A stretch of DNA of 64,000 bases from Octopus sinensis (GCF_006345805.1 NC_043004.1:55800001-55864000), one strand, 5' to 3'. Shown: positions 12,875-26,560, counted from the stretch's first letter. Notes: generated by a model not told the origin, from the letters alone. Translations and numbers: made by a program.

Positions 12875-14043
12875 ATTCATCCCATAAATAATGTGTTTTT
12901 TAATATTTCTTTTATTCTTAGAAATTAAGATAAACAAAGTTCTTTTTTAATCTAAAATTTCCTCTCCATTTTCTACAATGCTCTTCCATCTATCTAATAA
13001 ACTTGCAAGGCCATTCTTCCAAAATTCACTTGTCCATAATGAAAAATACTCCACCAGTACTGTTCTGACTTCGTCTACAGAATATATAGATTTTCTATCC
13101 AAATGATTTTGAAGACTGCAGAATAAATGATAATCAGATGGGGCAATGTCTGGCAAATACTGTATGTGGCAGAGCATTATCTTGATGGAAGAATACTTTT
13201 TGTCTTGAAACCAAAGATGGTTGTTTTTCTTCTAGCACTGACTTAAGACCCTCAAGTTGCTTGCAGTAGATCTCTTTTTTTTATCATTTGGTTTGAGTTT
13301 AAATGTTCAATGTGGACTAGGCCTTTCATATCCTGCCAAACAGGTAACAACACCTTATGTGGATAAAGACCTTCTTTAACTTGGAGTTAGAGAAGGTCAT
13401 CCTGTCCATACCCACTTTTTGGTGCTTGACATTTTTATAGAGAACCCATTTCTCGTTGCCAATCACTATTCGTGAGATGTGACAGCAAAGAAGAGCACAC
13501 ATTCACTCTCTGCATGCGACGAGACTTGGAATGTTTGCAAGGAACCCATTGATCCAATTAGCTGACTTTTCCAATGGCCTGCAGGTGTCGATGAATGGTT
13601 GAATGAACAAATCCAAGCTTCTCTCCTAGTTCCTCAACAGTTATGATGGGATTCTGTTCCACCAGGATTTACAGAACATCCTCGTTGAGCTCTACAGATC
13701 TTTTAGGATGAGGCCTGTCTTCTAGGTTGTAGTTTGCAGCTCGGAATTTCTGGAACCACAGTGGAGACTGGCTTACGTTTATTGTCCGATTCTCAAATAA
13801 TGCATCACTATTCCTTGCACTTTCATGTACGTTGTTGCCTTTATTGAACTCATAAAGCAAAATATGCCGAATATGCTTCTTTGTCACTTCCATTATAGCT
13901 TCAAAACTTGCACAAGGTATAAGGACAAGGTAAAATTACTACCTGCTCTTATAGCAAGTTGATGCAGGTAGCTTATCCTGTCCCCATCTGACTTTCAGTT
14001 CATGCAACTGAAAAATGTGCATTATATATGAGATGACCCAATA
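12875..14043 (-). mobile_element. Decayed mariner transposon with both TIRs
   Basis: MEVTKKHIRHILLYEF...(13893) and IAPSDYHLF...RWKSIVENGE (12947); imperfect TIRs attcatcccataaataatg / cattatatatgagatgacc; many stops and frameshifts. Confidence 0.9.
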
Positions 14044-14372
14044 TATAAATTTGGAATGATCCAAGCCTTTTGAAGGAAACAGGGCAGGCAGAATTTGCTG
14101 AAGTCCACCAGAAGAATTACACAGTTAACTCAAAAGATTAACCTTCACAAGATCTGTCATGCTAATTCTGATTAAGACTTACAGCAAGTATACAAATGCC
14201 ATGAAATAATCAGCCACTTTCACATTAATTCATTGAGAAGACAGTTTAACTTCTCAAAACACCAGAATAATCATCTTGGATGACTCTTGACTGAGATCCA
14301 TTTGCTTTTTTACTTTGGATATATGTGCATGAGACATCAGAAAGAAGGAGGATTATGAAGGGCTTCTGGGTG

Positions 14373-14458
14373 TAAAACACTTCCTCAAAAATGCCCCCTT
14401 TCAACTCAAGCCAACATAGAAAAGTAAACATAAAAGAGGATGATGATGATGATACACC

Positions 14459-14533
<75 letters not shown>

Positions 14534-14616
14534 GTATCATCATCATCATCCTCTTTTATGTTTACTTTTCTATGTTGGCTTGAGTTGAAAGGGGGCATTT
14601 TTGAGGAAGTGTTTTA
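14373..14616. repeat. Inverted duplication (88-bp identical arms) centred on a (TA)n tract
   Basis: 14373-14460 is the exact reverse complement of 14529-14616. Confidence 0.9.
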
Positions 14617-14631
14617 TATGTATATATATAT

Positions 14632-14807
14632 AGGGGGAATTCACAAAAGAACAAAATACGAAGACAGGTGGTGTAGACAACAAACAGACGTATTAGTATA
14701 ACACTTGGGAAATGAAAAAGTCTTTAACGTTTCGAGCCTATGCTCTTCCACAGAAAGAAACAAGGAGAGAAAATAAAGAATGTGTAGTGGCTAGTGATAT
14801 ATCATGG

Positions 14808-14810
<3 letters not shown>
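14632..14810 (-). mobile_element. Penelope-like pseudo-LTR fragment with a hammerhead-like motif
   Basis: Minus strand TCTTT-CTGTGGA-A-GAGC ATAG GCTC-GAAA-CGTT-AAAGA; located between TA tracts. Confidence 0.45.
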
Positions 14811-14851
<41 letters not shown>

Positions 14852-14905
14852 TAGATAGATACACACACATACACACAGAGAAGTATGTGTGCATGCTCAT
14901 ATATA

Positions 14906-14939
<34 letters not shown>

Positions 14940-15999
14940 CCGGAGTAAACACATAAATGTGAAACAAGGTGGAAAAAAGAGTACTCAACTACCAGTGGTA
15001 GAGTAATATGCTTTATTTAAAGCTTCCCGTTATATTTATATATATATATATATATAAATACATATATATATATATAATGTGATCATGCGACTGACAAGGC
15101 TATCAGATGCTTTAACACATTGCTGGTCAAAATGCACTTTTTGCATTGCTTTAGTGTTCAAATGACACTACCCTACTAGGTTGATTGAACCTGGAACCAC
15201 ATGGTCACAACATGAGTTTCTTAACTGCAGAGCTATGGCCACACCTACATACACACAGGTACACATATATTTCAGTGTGTGTGTGTTTGATGCAGTATTA
15301 GCAGTTTAAAAGGGTAGAACACACACACATACATAACAAACATACACATATATGAATATATATATACACACAAGCACACACACACACAAACACGATATGA
15401 AAGAAAAAGGAAGTGGAAAGCAGAGGCTTACAGGTCTAGTATTGAACTGCAGCAGAACGAATGCAACAAAGAAAACCTAAGGTGTTAGTATGATGGCGGT
15501 GGCAGTGATGGTGGCGAGATGGTGGCGGTGGCAGTGATGAAGTGAGCTGGGTGCCGTGGTGTTGGGTTGCATTGAAGACATGTTGGTGGGTTTGGCAGGC
15601 GGATGTTGAAGGCATCAACAGAAACATGATGCAGTGGCCTAGTGCCCTCTGGTGGTGGCAGTAATATTGATTTTGTGCAGCAGTAGTAGTAGTAGAGGCG
15701 GCAGCGGTGGCAGTGATGGTGGTGGTGGTGGCAGTATGACACCACTAGATAGATGATGCCTGGTTGGCTGGCTGCCTGCTCAGTAGGCTTTTTTTTTTTT
15801 TCCTAACATATTTGTATGTTGTACCAATAGAAGGTGATGGGGTGCAGGGAGAGGATACTGAAAGAAGAGGTAGGCATCGAACATTGAAATGCATTGTGAG
15901 GGTGGTGGTTGGAAAATGGGGAAGAAGGGAGAGCAGTTGGGGTTTCTGAAGATCTAGAAATAACAATTGTATATTGATAAGTAAATATTAACTTGTGTG

Positions 16000-16039
<40 letters not shown>

Positions 16040-16788
16040 TATGTAAGAGTGTGTGTATATGCATGTATGTATATATGTTTGTGTGTGTGTGTGTGTAGGA
16101 ACCCTTTTGGTTGCGAATGACTATGGGTTTGCACCTAGGAGTTTACCCTTCGAGGCACAAGTCCAAACAAGGTTCTTTTTATGGAAGCCCAGCAGCTGCC
16201 CATGTATACCAGTCTACCTTCTCCACACCACCAATGTTATCCAAGAGAAAGGCAAAGGGGCCGATACAACTTGACACCAATGATGTTGCAACTCATTTCT
16301 AATTCTCAGTGAACAGGAGCAATGTGAAATAAAGTGTCTTGTTCAAGAACACAACACACTGCCTGGTCCGGGAATTGAACTTACTACCTTATGAATGTGT
16401 AAGCCCGACACTAATCCCTGAGCCATGCGCTTCACAAAGACACACACTCACACACACATATGACTTTAAACTGCATCCCCTAGAGGACTCTGGTACATAA
16501 ATTCCAGGGCTTTGAAGAATGTGGAATCACCTCTTAGACTCTATTGTTCCCAGTTCTACACTGACCTGGAACAAAAGCACCTGTTTGGGTCCCTGCAATC
16601 AGTAAACTAGCATGTGAACCACTAGGAGCAAAGAATCCATAATTCTTGCGAGAACTTCCTTGAAGGAAAGAGTAAACTCATTTAAAGAAACTTGAAGTAC
16701 AGTTGGATTCTGGTTGTCTCAATCTTTATTACGGAGATGTACTCGCATAGCAAGTGATTTGATCTGAGATTGTGTGCTGGAACGAAAA

Positions 16789-16985
16789 CAATTGCAGTGT
16801 GGAAGGTGTTTGTAAGCCATTTAAGAAACACACGACGTGATGCAGCATGGATTTTTGTCAGTGAACAGGTTGCGGATTTTAGCAACGAAAATATTTTGAC
16901 AAATTAAACTTAAATGTTGAAGTGAATCGAACGGCTTTTGTGTGTTTCTTAAATGGCTTACAAACACCTTCCAGGCGGCAATTGT
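16789..16985. repeat. Inverted repeat (34-bp perfect core), MITE-like
   Basis: 16800-16833 is the reverse complement of 16940-16973. Confidence 0.75.
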
Positions 16986-17479
16986 CAATCTTTATTGTTC
17001 CACAGGTTTTAGAGCTGAGCACACTGAAGAGTGGGTTCAATGCTATGACACACTTTATCCACTAAAATTCATGCACAGGGTCAATCCACATCTTGTACTT
17101 TTTTTTTCTCCAAACCAAAATTTAAAGTTTTAATTCACCTTAAGAAAGTAGTTTTTCTTTTTTAATGATGAAATTGAATTATTTTTCGATAAAAAATGTG
17201 TCTGAAACAGCTGCAGTGAACCTTTAGTCCATTTGTGTTCTTATTTTATATAAAAACCATAACCGGAACCTTCCCTACGTTGGATCTGGAACTTGCATTG
17301 GACCGTGAACCTGCATGCCTATGTGCATGAGTAAATATTTACATGTATATGTGTATTTATATGTATGTATGTGTTTATGTGTGCATGTATCTGTATGTGT
17401 TACATATATGTGCCAATTTCGAACCTTGCTTAGTGTCCTGAATGTTAAAATATTTTGATTCAAATGAATCCTACAGATA

Positions 17480-17903
17480 ATCAAATATATATATACGGCA
17501 CGTATGCCTGTGCTAGTAGGGTCCCAAGAACAACATCTGAGTGTGATTGTTGCCAGAGCAGCCAACTGGCTTCCGTACCCGTGGCATGTAAAAGGGCACC
17601 ATTCGAGTGTGATCATTACCAACGTCGCTTCATTGGCACCTGTGCCGGTGGGCATGTGTAAAAAAATTCGAGTGAGGTCATTGCCAGTACAACCTGACTG
17701 GCCCCCATGTAGGTGGCACGTAAAAAGCACCCACTACACTCTCGGAGTGGTTGGCGTTAGGAAGGGCATCCAGCTGTAGAAACTCTGCCAGATCAAGACT
17801 GGAGCCTGGTGCAGCCATCTGGTTGCCAGCCCTCAGTCAAAACCGTCCAACCCATGCTAGCATGGAAAACGGATGTCAAATGATGATAATCATGATGATG
17901 ATG

Positions 17904-17905
<2 letters not shown>
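17480..17905 (+). mobile_element. RTE-related non-autonomous element with (GAT)n tail
   Basis: ggcgttaggaagggcatccagctgtagaaac motif and ggaaaacggacgttaaac(gat)n tail; copies at about 33205-33483, 37150-37552, 58410-58720, 62820-63080 (minus), 11900-12050 (minus). Confidence 0.7.
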
Positions 17906-17967
<62 letters not shown>

Positions 17968-18329
17968 GGCACAGGCTTGGCCATATGGTAAGAAGCTTGC
18001 TTCCCAGCTAGATGGTTCCAGGTTCAGTCCTACTGTGTGACACTTTGTGAGTGGATTTTGTAGGCAGAAACTGAAAAGAGCCAAATGTCTATATACACGC
18101 ACACATATATACATACATATATATATGTATATACATACGTATATATACACACATATATATAAACACATACACATATATATGCATGCATATATACATTATC
18201 TATACATACATAGACATTATATATATATATATATATAAGAGAATAAAGGGTACATATACTGCTATATATATACATAAAAATACAATTCCTTCAGGTTTCT
18301 TTGTTAGGTTAGTGACTTTATTATCAGGC

Positions 18330-19830
18330 TGAGTAAAACGTAAGGAATGTTTTGAAACATGAAATTCATCATAATATATTTCAACAATTCTGGAAACTTT
18401 ATTCATCAAAGAAAGTACCATTAGAATTAGCACATTTTTGCAATAAGTTACAAGTTTGTTTATTCTGGTAACATAAAAATCTGGAGTTCTGGAGCTGATG
18501 AACTCTTTGAATGAACTTTCAGCATCAATTTAATTTTGAACTTCTCTTGTAGGGAACCATGAAGGTGCTTGAAAAAGTGGTAGTCGGTAGGAGAAAGGTC
18601 TGGGGATAAACTGGGTAGAGAAGAACTTCGCAGCCAAGTTCTTTCAACTTCTGGAGCGTCATTAGTGAAGTGTGTGGTTGAGCACTGTACTTACTTGTAC
18701 TTGTGGTGACGTTCGCCCTGGGCGGGTTGAGTCGGCTTCTACCACCTCCTTTGAGGCATCTCGACCATGGCAGTGGAAGAAGTTTCGTGGGAATATGAAT
18801 TTCACAAGCGGTCCCCTACAATCCCGCATGTAGAGACATCCTGTTTGCCGCAGATTGTCCGCAGACGCAGGGACAGAATGACTAGGAGCTGCCGGTTGCC
18901 AAAACAGACACTCCAAGGATGTTCACCAGAGCCCCGCCTGCCGGGTTGTGGCCCTAATACCACTTGGTGTCAGACCAATCTGCCTTGGGTGGCCCTACCA
19001 GGAACCGAAGTTCTCAACGGCATAGCTCTGACACTACCCGTTGCCAGCGTCCCCACCACGGTGAGGAGGGGATGGACTTTGAGCCCTGTCATGAAGAATG
19101 ATTGGCCCTCTTCTGTTGACCAGTCTGGGACGGAGAAGTAGCAGTTTATCATTTATTTTGGCAATTTCATGGCAATATGTTTCTGTAGTAATGATGTTTC
19201 TGGGTTTTAAGAAGTTATAGAGAATGAGTCCAGCAGTACACCACCAAACAGTAACTAAACCTTCCTTTTGAAGAACTTGGGCTTAGGGAAGGTTTGTGGA
19301 GCTTCATTTTGGTCCAGCCACTGTGAAGAACATTTTTTATTATTGTACAGAATCCACTTTTCATCACAAGTTACAATATAATTGAGAAATGGATCAATCT
19401 GGTTATGGAGAAGAAGCGACGAGCAAATTTCATATCTATGCATTTCCTGATTTTCATTCAAATCATATGGTACCCATTTGTTGAGCTTTTTTGATTTTCT
19501 GATTGCATGCAAATGGTTGCAGGCCGTTTTGTGGCTAACTTGAAATACTTCTACCAGTTCTTGAGTGGTTCTACATGTGTCTTTCTCAATGACGGTCTTT
19601 AATTGACTATCATCGATGACAGATGGGTGTCCACTATGCTCATGATCTTTAAGGCTCAGGTCTCCACTGCAGAATCCTTTAAACCATTTTTGTGCTGGCT
19701 ACTCACTGGTCATTTTCTCACTAAACATTTCATTGCTATCATGAGCAGTTTCAGCTGCTTTACGTCCTGTTTTGGAGGTGAATAGCAAAATTGCTCAAAT
19801 ATTGCACTTTGAAAAGTTCCATTTCAGACG
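18330..19830 (-). mobile_element. Decayed mariner transposon interrupted by an RTE-derived insertion
   Basis: Motifs KWVP, CDEKWILYNN, HD(R)AQ...AQPHTSLMTLQKL and DLSPTDYHFFKHL, in mixed frames. Confidence 0.88.
18689..19078 (-). mobile_element. 390-bp non-autonomous RTE-derived element with TSD
   Basis: 11-bp TSD ttgagcactgt (18678-88) / ttgagccctgt (19079-89); 3' end encodes an RTE-like ...EVVEADSTRPG and ends in a CAAGTA-type repeat tail. Confidence 0.75.
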
Positions 19831-22800
19831 ATTGTAACAATGATTAAAAAAAATATCGATGTTAATTTAATGATGCATTTAGGCAAGTCTATGTCTGCAT
19901 TATCAGACAATTGCAAAAAAATGCTTTAAAGAAATTCAAAACTATGCAAAAATCTGGTACAAATTCTTCATGGTTCAAAACATTGCTTACTTTTTTACTC
20001 AACCTGATAGTAATATGAATCAAGTACTGTGCGACACAAACATTCACATAAACATGCACATACTCACACACACATATATATATATATTCAAATGTATTAA
20101 TATATGTACACACACATACATATTCAATCTATTCTATGTATGTGTGTACATGCACACACACACACACACACACACAGAAACACACACACACCTGACTGTA
20201 GATGTGTAATATTCATGATACATATCACTGCAATAATTAGTAAGAGCAATGAGTAATTAATCAATGCAATGAGTAATTAATTGATGCAATGAGTAATTAA
20301 TCGATGAGCATATTGTTTTTCTTTCATTTTTTAGGTTATCTTTATCTTTTATGTCTCACTAATTTCAGTCTTTGGACTGTGGTGATGCTGGGGCAGTGGC
20401 TTGCAGGGATTAGTCAAACATACCAACCTTGGTACCTACTTTTAAGTCTGGTACTTATTCTATTGATCGCTTTTTGCCAAACTACTAAGTTACAGGGATG
20501 TAAACAAGCCAACACCAGTTGTCAAAAACACACATATCATATGTACATAGACACACACACACACACATACATATATACGATGCAGTGGAACTGGCATGGG
20601 ACTATCAGTGATGGAGAGCACTGGGGATAAACTCTACGCATGATTGATGTCCTTGGTATCACTAACCTGGCATGAGTCCAGCCCCATCAAGCAAGTGCAC
20701 AAAGCAAGGGTTTCTTTCTGTTTCAATCTACCATATCTATACACATGAAGTTTCCAGCATTGCTTTACTTTCTGGTGTTCAGACATGCCGTTTCTTCTCT
20801 TTGCCTTTTGTACCACTACTATTACAATGGTCTCTGCTTGGAGGTGGCTTGTCTCATATGACACCTCTACCTAGGCCAACCACTTGACTACCTTCTCCCC
20901 TTAATTTCTGTCCTCCATTTTTCATCAATATTGTGACTATTCCCTCTCTAGGCCCTGCACATTAATGAGAGAAGAAAAAGTTGCATGCATAACCCTTAAA
21001 TTTCTTTTTTTTAGGGCATCCAAGATTGGTGGTCAGAAGTTATCCTTAAACCAGAGAGCTGGCCTTGCCTGAATGCCTGCAACAGAGAGCTAAAAGCCCT
21101 CAAGGAACAAGCTGGTGACATTCAGCCAAGAATTTTGAATGGAAAGAGTTGGAAAAAATGCCGTAAGGCATTTTGTTCTAATACTTGATCAATTCCACAA
21201 ATTCATCACTCTGCAATAGTACTGTATATTATCAACTCATGATAACATGAAAGGAGAAGTTGATCTGGGTAGGATTTGAACTCAGAGTACAGAGCACCAG
21301 AAAAAATATTACAAGACGTTATTTTGTCTTACACTTTAAAGGCTCTGACAATTCATAACTTAAAAGTAATAGAAGTCTGTATGATGTGGCATTTATGTCT
21401 TTTGGAATGTCTAGGAAAGGTGTAGCTATTTGACCCTTTTTGCTACCAAATTCCTGTTAAAACACACTGCCTTTGTTTTAATTAATTTTGGTACTAATGA
21501 AGAATTTAGTAAAATAACTGCATCATTAATAAACTGGAGTTTGGGAGATAAATTAATACTCTCTTTTTACTCTCTTTTACTTGTTTCATTGGTGACAAGC
21601 TTTGAGAAGACAATTTGTTTTTATTTAATTTATTTCTCTTTATTTATTATTTATTATTTTGTATTTACTTATGTCAATTAATGAGAATGTGTTTCTTTTA
21701 TTTATTAGCTTAACTGAAAAATCTTACTATCGATGCTTTATTTAAAAAAAAATAAAAAACAAAATCATTGGATCATCAAGGGGACATCTAAGTAGAAATA
21801 TTATCTGCAAGAAATAGCAGTGAAACTTTCCTCAAGTTACACTAATGCAGTGTTACATACTGGATGATATATAAAAGATATATAATTTTAAAGATATATA
21901 ATTTTATTTCTTTATTGCCCACAAGGGGCTAAACAAGGACAGACAAAGGGATTAAGTCAATTACATCAACCCCTGTGCATAACTGGTACTTATCTAATCA
22001 ACCCCAAAAGGATGAAAGGCAAAGTTGACCTTGGCAGAATTTGAACTCAGAACGTAATGACAGATGAGATACTGCTAAGCATTTCGCCCAGTGTGCCAAC
22101 GTTTCTGCCTGCTCACCGCCTAAAAGATATATAATGACAGAGGATAAATAAACAAAAGGAACAACAGAGGTGGTCATGGTTGGCAAGGAATTTTATCAGT
22201 GTTCTGTTTGTCCAACCAGAGCTATCCTGGAGTTATCACCAACCTCAATAGAATAGTATTTCATAAATGTTTGTGTTAAGTTGATATCCAGATATTGAAA
22301 TCTAAGTTTTTGATATATGTTCTTTTACTGGTTGCACTCATTTGGTTGTGGCCATGCTGCAGCACTGCTATGAAATAATGTTTCTTTGTAGGTTTGAGTC
22401 ATAAGGCTGAATGTAAGAAGGCCAAATTTCAAATGAGCTAAAATCAGAATACTAGAAAATAGAAAGACCGCAGTTTCTGAACAACAAAATTTGAAATAAA
22501 CTAGGGGAAAAATATGACAAATTGCCTGAAAAAAATTTATATTTTGCCGTTTTTTCAAGGAAATTTATTGGTGAAACATGTTATATTTACTCATTTTACT
22601 ATATTACATCAGTATAACTATTTCAGGGGATGATAAAAAATAATAAAAAGAAAGGTCTTAAAACATTTATAATGCATTTATTTACAGTTTCAGAATGAAG
22701 TTTATTACATTTTTATATAATGCTACATTGAAATAACAAATGCTACTGAGATATTGTGAGCTATTTACATATATAAACAATAAAACCTTAAACGATGAAA

Positions 22801-22872
22801 ATGCATTGTAGAGATAAAACATTGAAGGCACAAACAGAAGCGAAAAATAGTTTATTTCTTGAATACATCTAT

Positions 22873-23349
22873 TACTCTTTTACTTATTTCAGTCATTTGA
22901 CTGCGGCCATGCTGGAGCACCGCCTTTAGTTGAGCAAATCGACCCCAGGACTTATTCTTTGTAAGTCTAGTACTTATTCTATCAGTTTCGTTTGCCGAAC
23001 TGCCAAGTTACGGTGACGTAAACAAACCAGCATTGGTTGTCAAGTGATGCTGGAGGGACAAACACAGACACACAAACATATACACACACATCCATACATA
23101 CATATTATATATATATATACGACGGGCTTCTTTCAGTTTCCGTCTACCAAATCCACTCACAAGGCTTTGGTCGGCCCGATGCAAAAGTAGAAGACACTTG
23201 TCCAAGGTGCCATGCAGTGGGACTGAACCGAGAACCTGCTTACCAACCACATGGTTCTCGGTTCAGTCCCACTGCGTGGCACCTTGGGACTGAACCGAGA
23301 ACCATGTGGTTGGTAAGCAAGCTACTTACCACACAGCCACTCCTGTGCC
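22873..23349 (-). mobile_element. tRNA-derived SINE family A (internal partial duplication)
   Basis: Head with A-box TGGCTGTGTGGT and B-box GGTTCAGTCCC, central TA/TG microsatellite, (AAAGAGT)n tail. Confidence 0.85.
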
Positions 23350-24188
23350 TAAAATTTTCTTCTTATGAAATATTTTCCTTCTTTTCTGTCAATAAACATA
23401 AACATACTAAACATATACATCAATTAAAAGGCTGAATTTTAATATATCAAAAGCAGGCTCGTGCACCTGTCTTTCTTTGCCGTCACCCATTTTGCTGTGC
23501 AATACCATTATATAAAATTTAGTCTTTTAATAATTTTTTTCCTTATTTTACTTGTTACAGTCATTAGACTGTGGTCATGCTGGGGCACCAACTTGAAGAA
23601 ATTGTTAGTTGAATGAATCAACCTTAGTACTTATTCTATCAGTGTCTTTTGCTGAACTGCTAAGTTATGGGGACGTAGACATACTAACGCCAATTATCAA
23701 GCAGTAGTGGGGACAAACATAGACACACTCACACTCTTTCAGTTTCTGTCTATCAAATCCACTCATAAGGCTTTGGTTGGCCCAAGGCTATTGTAGAAGA
23801 CAGTTGCCCAAGGTGCCATACAATGGTATTGAACCCAGAACCATGTGGTTGGGAAGCAAACTTCTTACCACACAGCCACGTCCTGCACCTATTTGGTATA
23901 CTTATGTTTGTAGTAAAAAAAAAAAGAAATGAAAATATTTAATAAGAGAATTTGAAAGAAAGAAGTATACAGTAAATAAACTATTTACTTTTTTGTTATT
24001 TTTTTGATATCATATTCTTGCAAAAAACAAATCTTTTAACTTTTACTTATTCCAGCCACTGGACTGTGGCCATGCTTGGGTACTGCTTTGAAGGCCTTAG
24101 GCAAACAAATTGACTCCAGTACATTTTTTTTAAAGCCTGGTATTTACCCTGTAAGTTCCTTCTGCTGAACCATGATGTTATTGGGACA

Positions 24189-24417
24189 TTAACCCTTTTG
24201 TTACTGTATTTATTTTGAGATGCTCCGTGTTTCTTTCAATCAATTTTAAATATAACAAAGAATTTAGTAAAATAACTTAGTTATCATTCAGCTAGTGTTG
24301 GGAACATAAATTGTGACTAAGGTTTGGTGGAAGATTTTTATTCAGAACTTATGAATACAAAACATTTGTACTACAGAGCCAGAACCGGTTTCAGCTGGAT
24401 TGGTAACAAAAGGTTAA
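24189..24417. mobile_element. piggyBac-like MITE (second family) inserted in a SINE
   Basis: TTAA-CCCTTTTGTTAC ... GTAACAAAAGG-TTAA; related ends at about 21430 and 59915-59930. Confidence 0.75.
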
Positions 24418-24702
24418 CACACCAATTGGCAGCGAGAGGGAGGAACAAAAGAAAAATACACACTTAGTTTCTATCTACAAAATTCACTCTCAAAGCTTTG
24501 AATGAACTGGGGTTATAAGTAAATGACGTTTGCCTAAGGTACCATGCAATGGGACTGAACCTGAAATCATGTAGTTGCAAAGTGAGTTTCTTAACCACAC
24601 AGATTATAACTTTCTTGTTGTTTTCTTGTAAATGGATGTCCTCACATATCTCTTTGTTATTTAAATGTATCATTATAAAACAATAAATATATTATAAAAC
24701 AA

Positions 24703-25065
24703 TACTCTTTTACTCTTTTACTTGTTTCAGTCATTTGACTGCGGCCATGCTGGAGCACCACCTTTAATCGAGCAACTCGACTCCGGGACTTATTCTTTGT
24801 AAGCCCAGTACTTATTCTATCGGTCTCTTTTTGCCGAACCACTAAATAACGGGGACAAACACAGACACACAACACACACACACGTATATATATACATATA
24901 TCCAACAGGCTTCTTTCAGTTTCCGTCTACCAAATCCACTCACAAGGCATTGGTCGGCCCGAGGCTATAGCAGAAGACACTTGCCCAAGATGCCACGCAG
25001 TGGGACTGAACCCGGAACCATGTGGTTGGTAAGCAAGCTACTTACCACACAGCCACTCCTGCGCC
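24703..25065 (-). mobile_element. tRNA-derived SINE family A
   Basis: Same consensus as the other copies. Confidence 0.85.
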
Positions 25066-26139
25066 TATAAATATATTATAAAAAATTCTCAAACAGACCT
25101 CTCTTAAAACTGCAAGCAATGCATTTAGGAACATCTTCAAATTATTTTCTTCTGAAACATTCCAAAATTTGGAGTCTTAGTTCTTCAAGCCTTTTGTATC
25201 TTGATGTTTATATAATTTAAAATTTGGCTGTCTTGCATTTGGCTTTATGATCAACACTGATATATATATATATATATGAGTGTATGCACACACAAATACA
25301 CACACACATGTATCATCATCATTATCATCCAATTATGTATGTATCAGTGTGAACGTATGTGTGTTTGTTTTTCCTTGGCTTGAAATCCCGTGGTATTAGT
25401 AAATAAATACCACATGTCATACAAAGAATGCTGTTCATTTCTAATATTCTGTGGAAATGTCTGGCCATGGGGAAATATTCCTTGCTTGGAAATAGGTGAG
25501 GACTGGAAACAAGAAGAGCATCTGCCCATAGAAAATCTGTCTCAGTAAACTCTGTCTCCCCATGTGAACATTGGAAATTAGACATTATATCAATATATCA
25601 TTATCATCACCATTTAACGTCTGTTGTCCATGCTAGAAAATAGCTTGCCAGCTTTGGTCACACCATCCAAAACATACACATGTGCAGACACACCAATTTC
25701 TCCATTATATATATATATACATTCTGGCTTTTGCTAAATTTTCTTGAGAACATTCTTTTCTTAGTGGTAAGACCATAGTGGATCTTCTTCTAGCATAATG
25801 GATGTCCACTAACAGGTCATTCCTCTTGTATATATATTCTGCATTAAGTTAAGAAATAATTAAGAGTGAAAATTCTGTAAATATAATTATTAGTTACAGC
25901 TTATTAGTGTTCCATGTACATTTGCTGCAGAAAATAATCTAACATTGTAAAAAATGGGTATTAATATGCATGGAAGTAATAAGTGTGGGTTCACTTCCCA
26001 CACATGCCAATATCCCTTTTTTTTCCTTTGAAGGATTATATGCTCTGATATTAGACTATTTTCTACAGCCAATATACAGTGAACACTTATAAACTTTAGC
26101 TTATATTAATATTTACAGAAAATATATACACACATGTAC

Positions 26140-26186
<47 letters not shown>

Positions 26187-26229
26187 TAAATTAGAGATAA
26201 AACCACTATTAGGCAAATCAAACAGTGAA

Positions 26230-26560
26230 AACCATAAGCCAATACATAGAAATAAAATTAATTAAAAATATAAAAAATATAAAATATAAAAATCCAATTA
26301 AAATATTTAAATTAAAGTTAAAATTTAAAAAAATTATTTAAATTAATAATTTAAACTTATAAATTATAACTATATAAATTATAACTATATAACTATATAA
26401 ATTATAACTTATAAATTATAACTTATAAATTATAACTATATATATTTTTATTATTATTTTATTTAATTAATTATTTTTTTTTATTTATATTTACATTTTT
26501 TATCATTTATTATTTTTTATTTTTTTATATTTTTATATTTATTTATTTATTTATTTTTTT
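26230..26560. repeat. Extremely AT-rich low-complexity block with ataaattataact repeats
   Basis: A-rich left half, T-rich right half, short tandem units in the middle. Confidence 0.8.

Noticed and set aside
15436-15745. His/Pro-rich minus-strand ORFs
   Set aside because: Derived from GGT/GGC low-complexity repeats; no splice or homology support.
21013-21165. Apparent plus-strand exon (AG...open frame...GTAAGG)
   Set aside because: Its 3' half aligns to a decayed family-B SINE on the minus strand; no recognisable protein.
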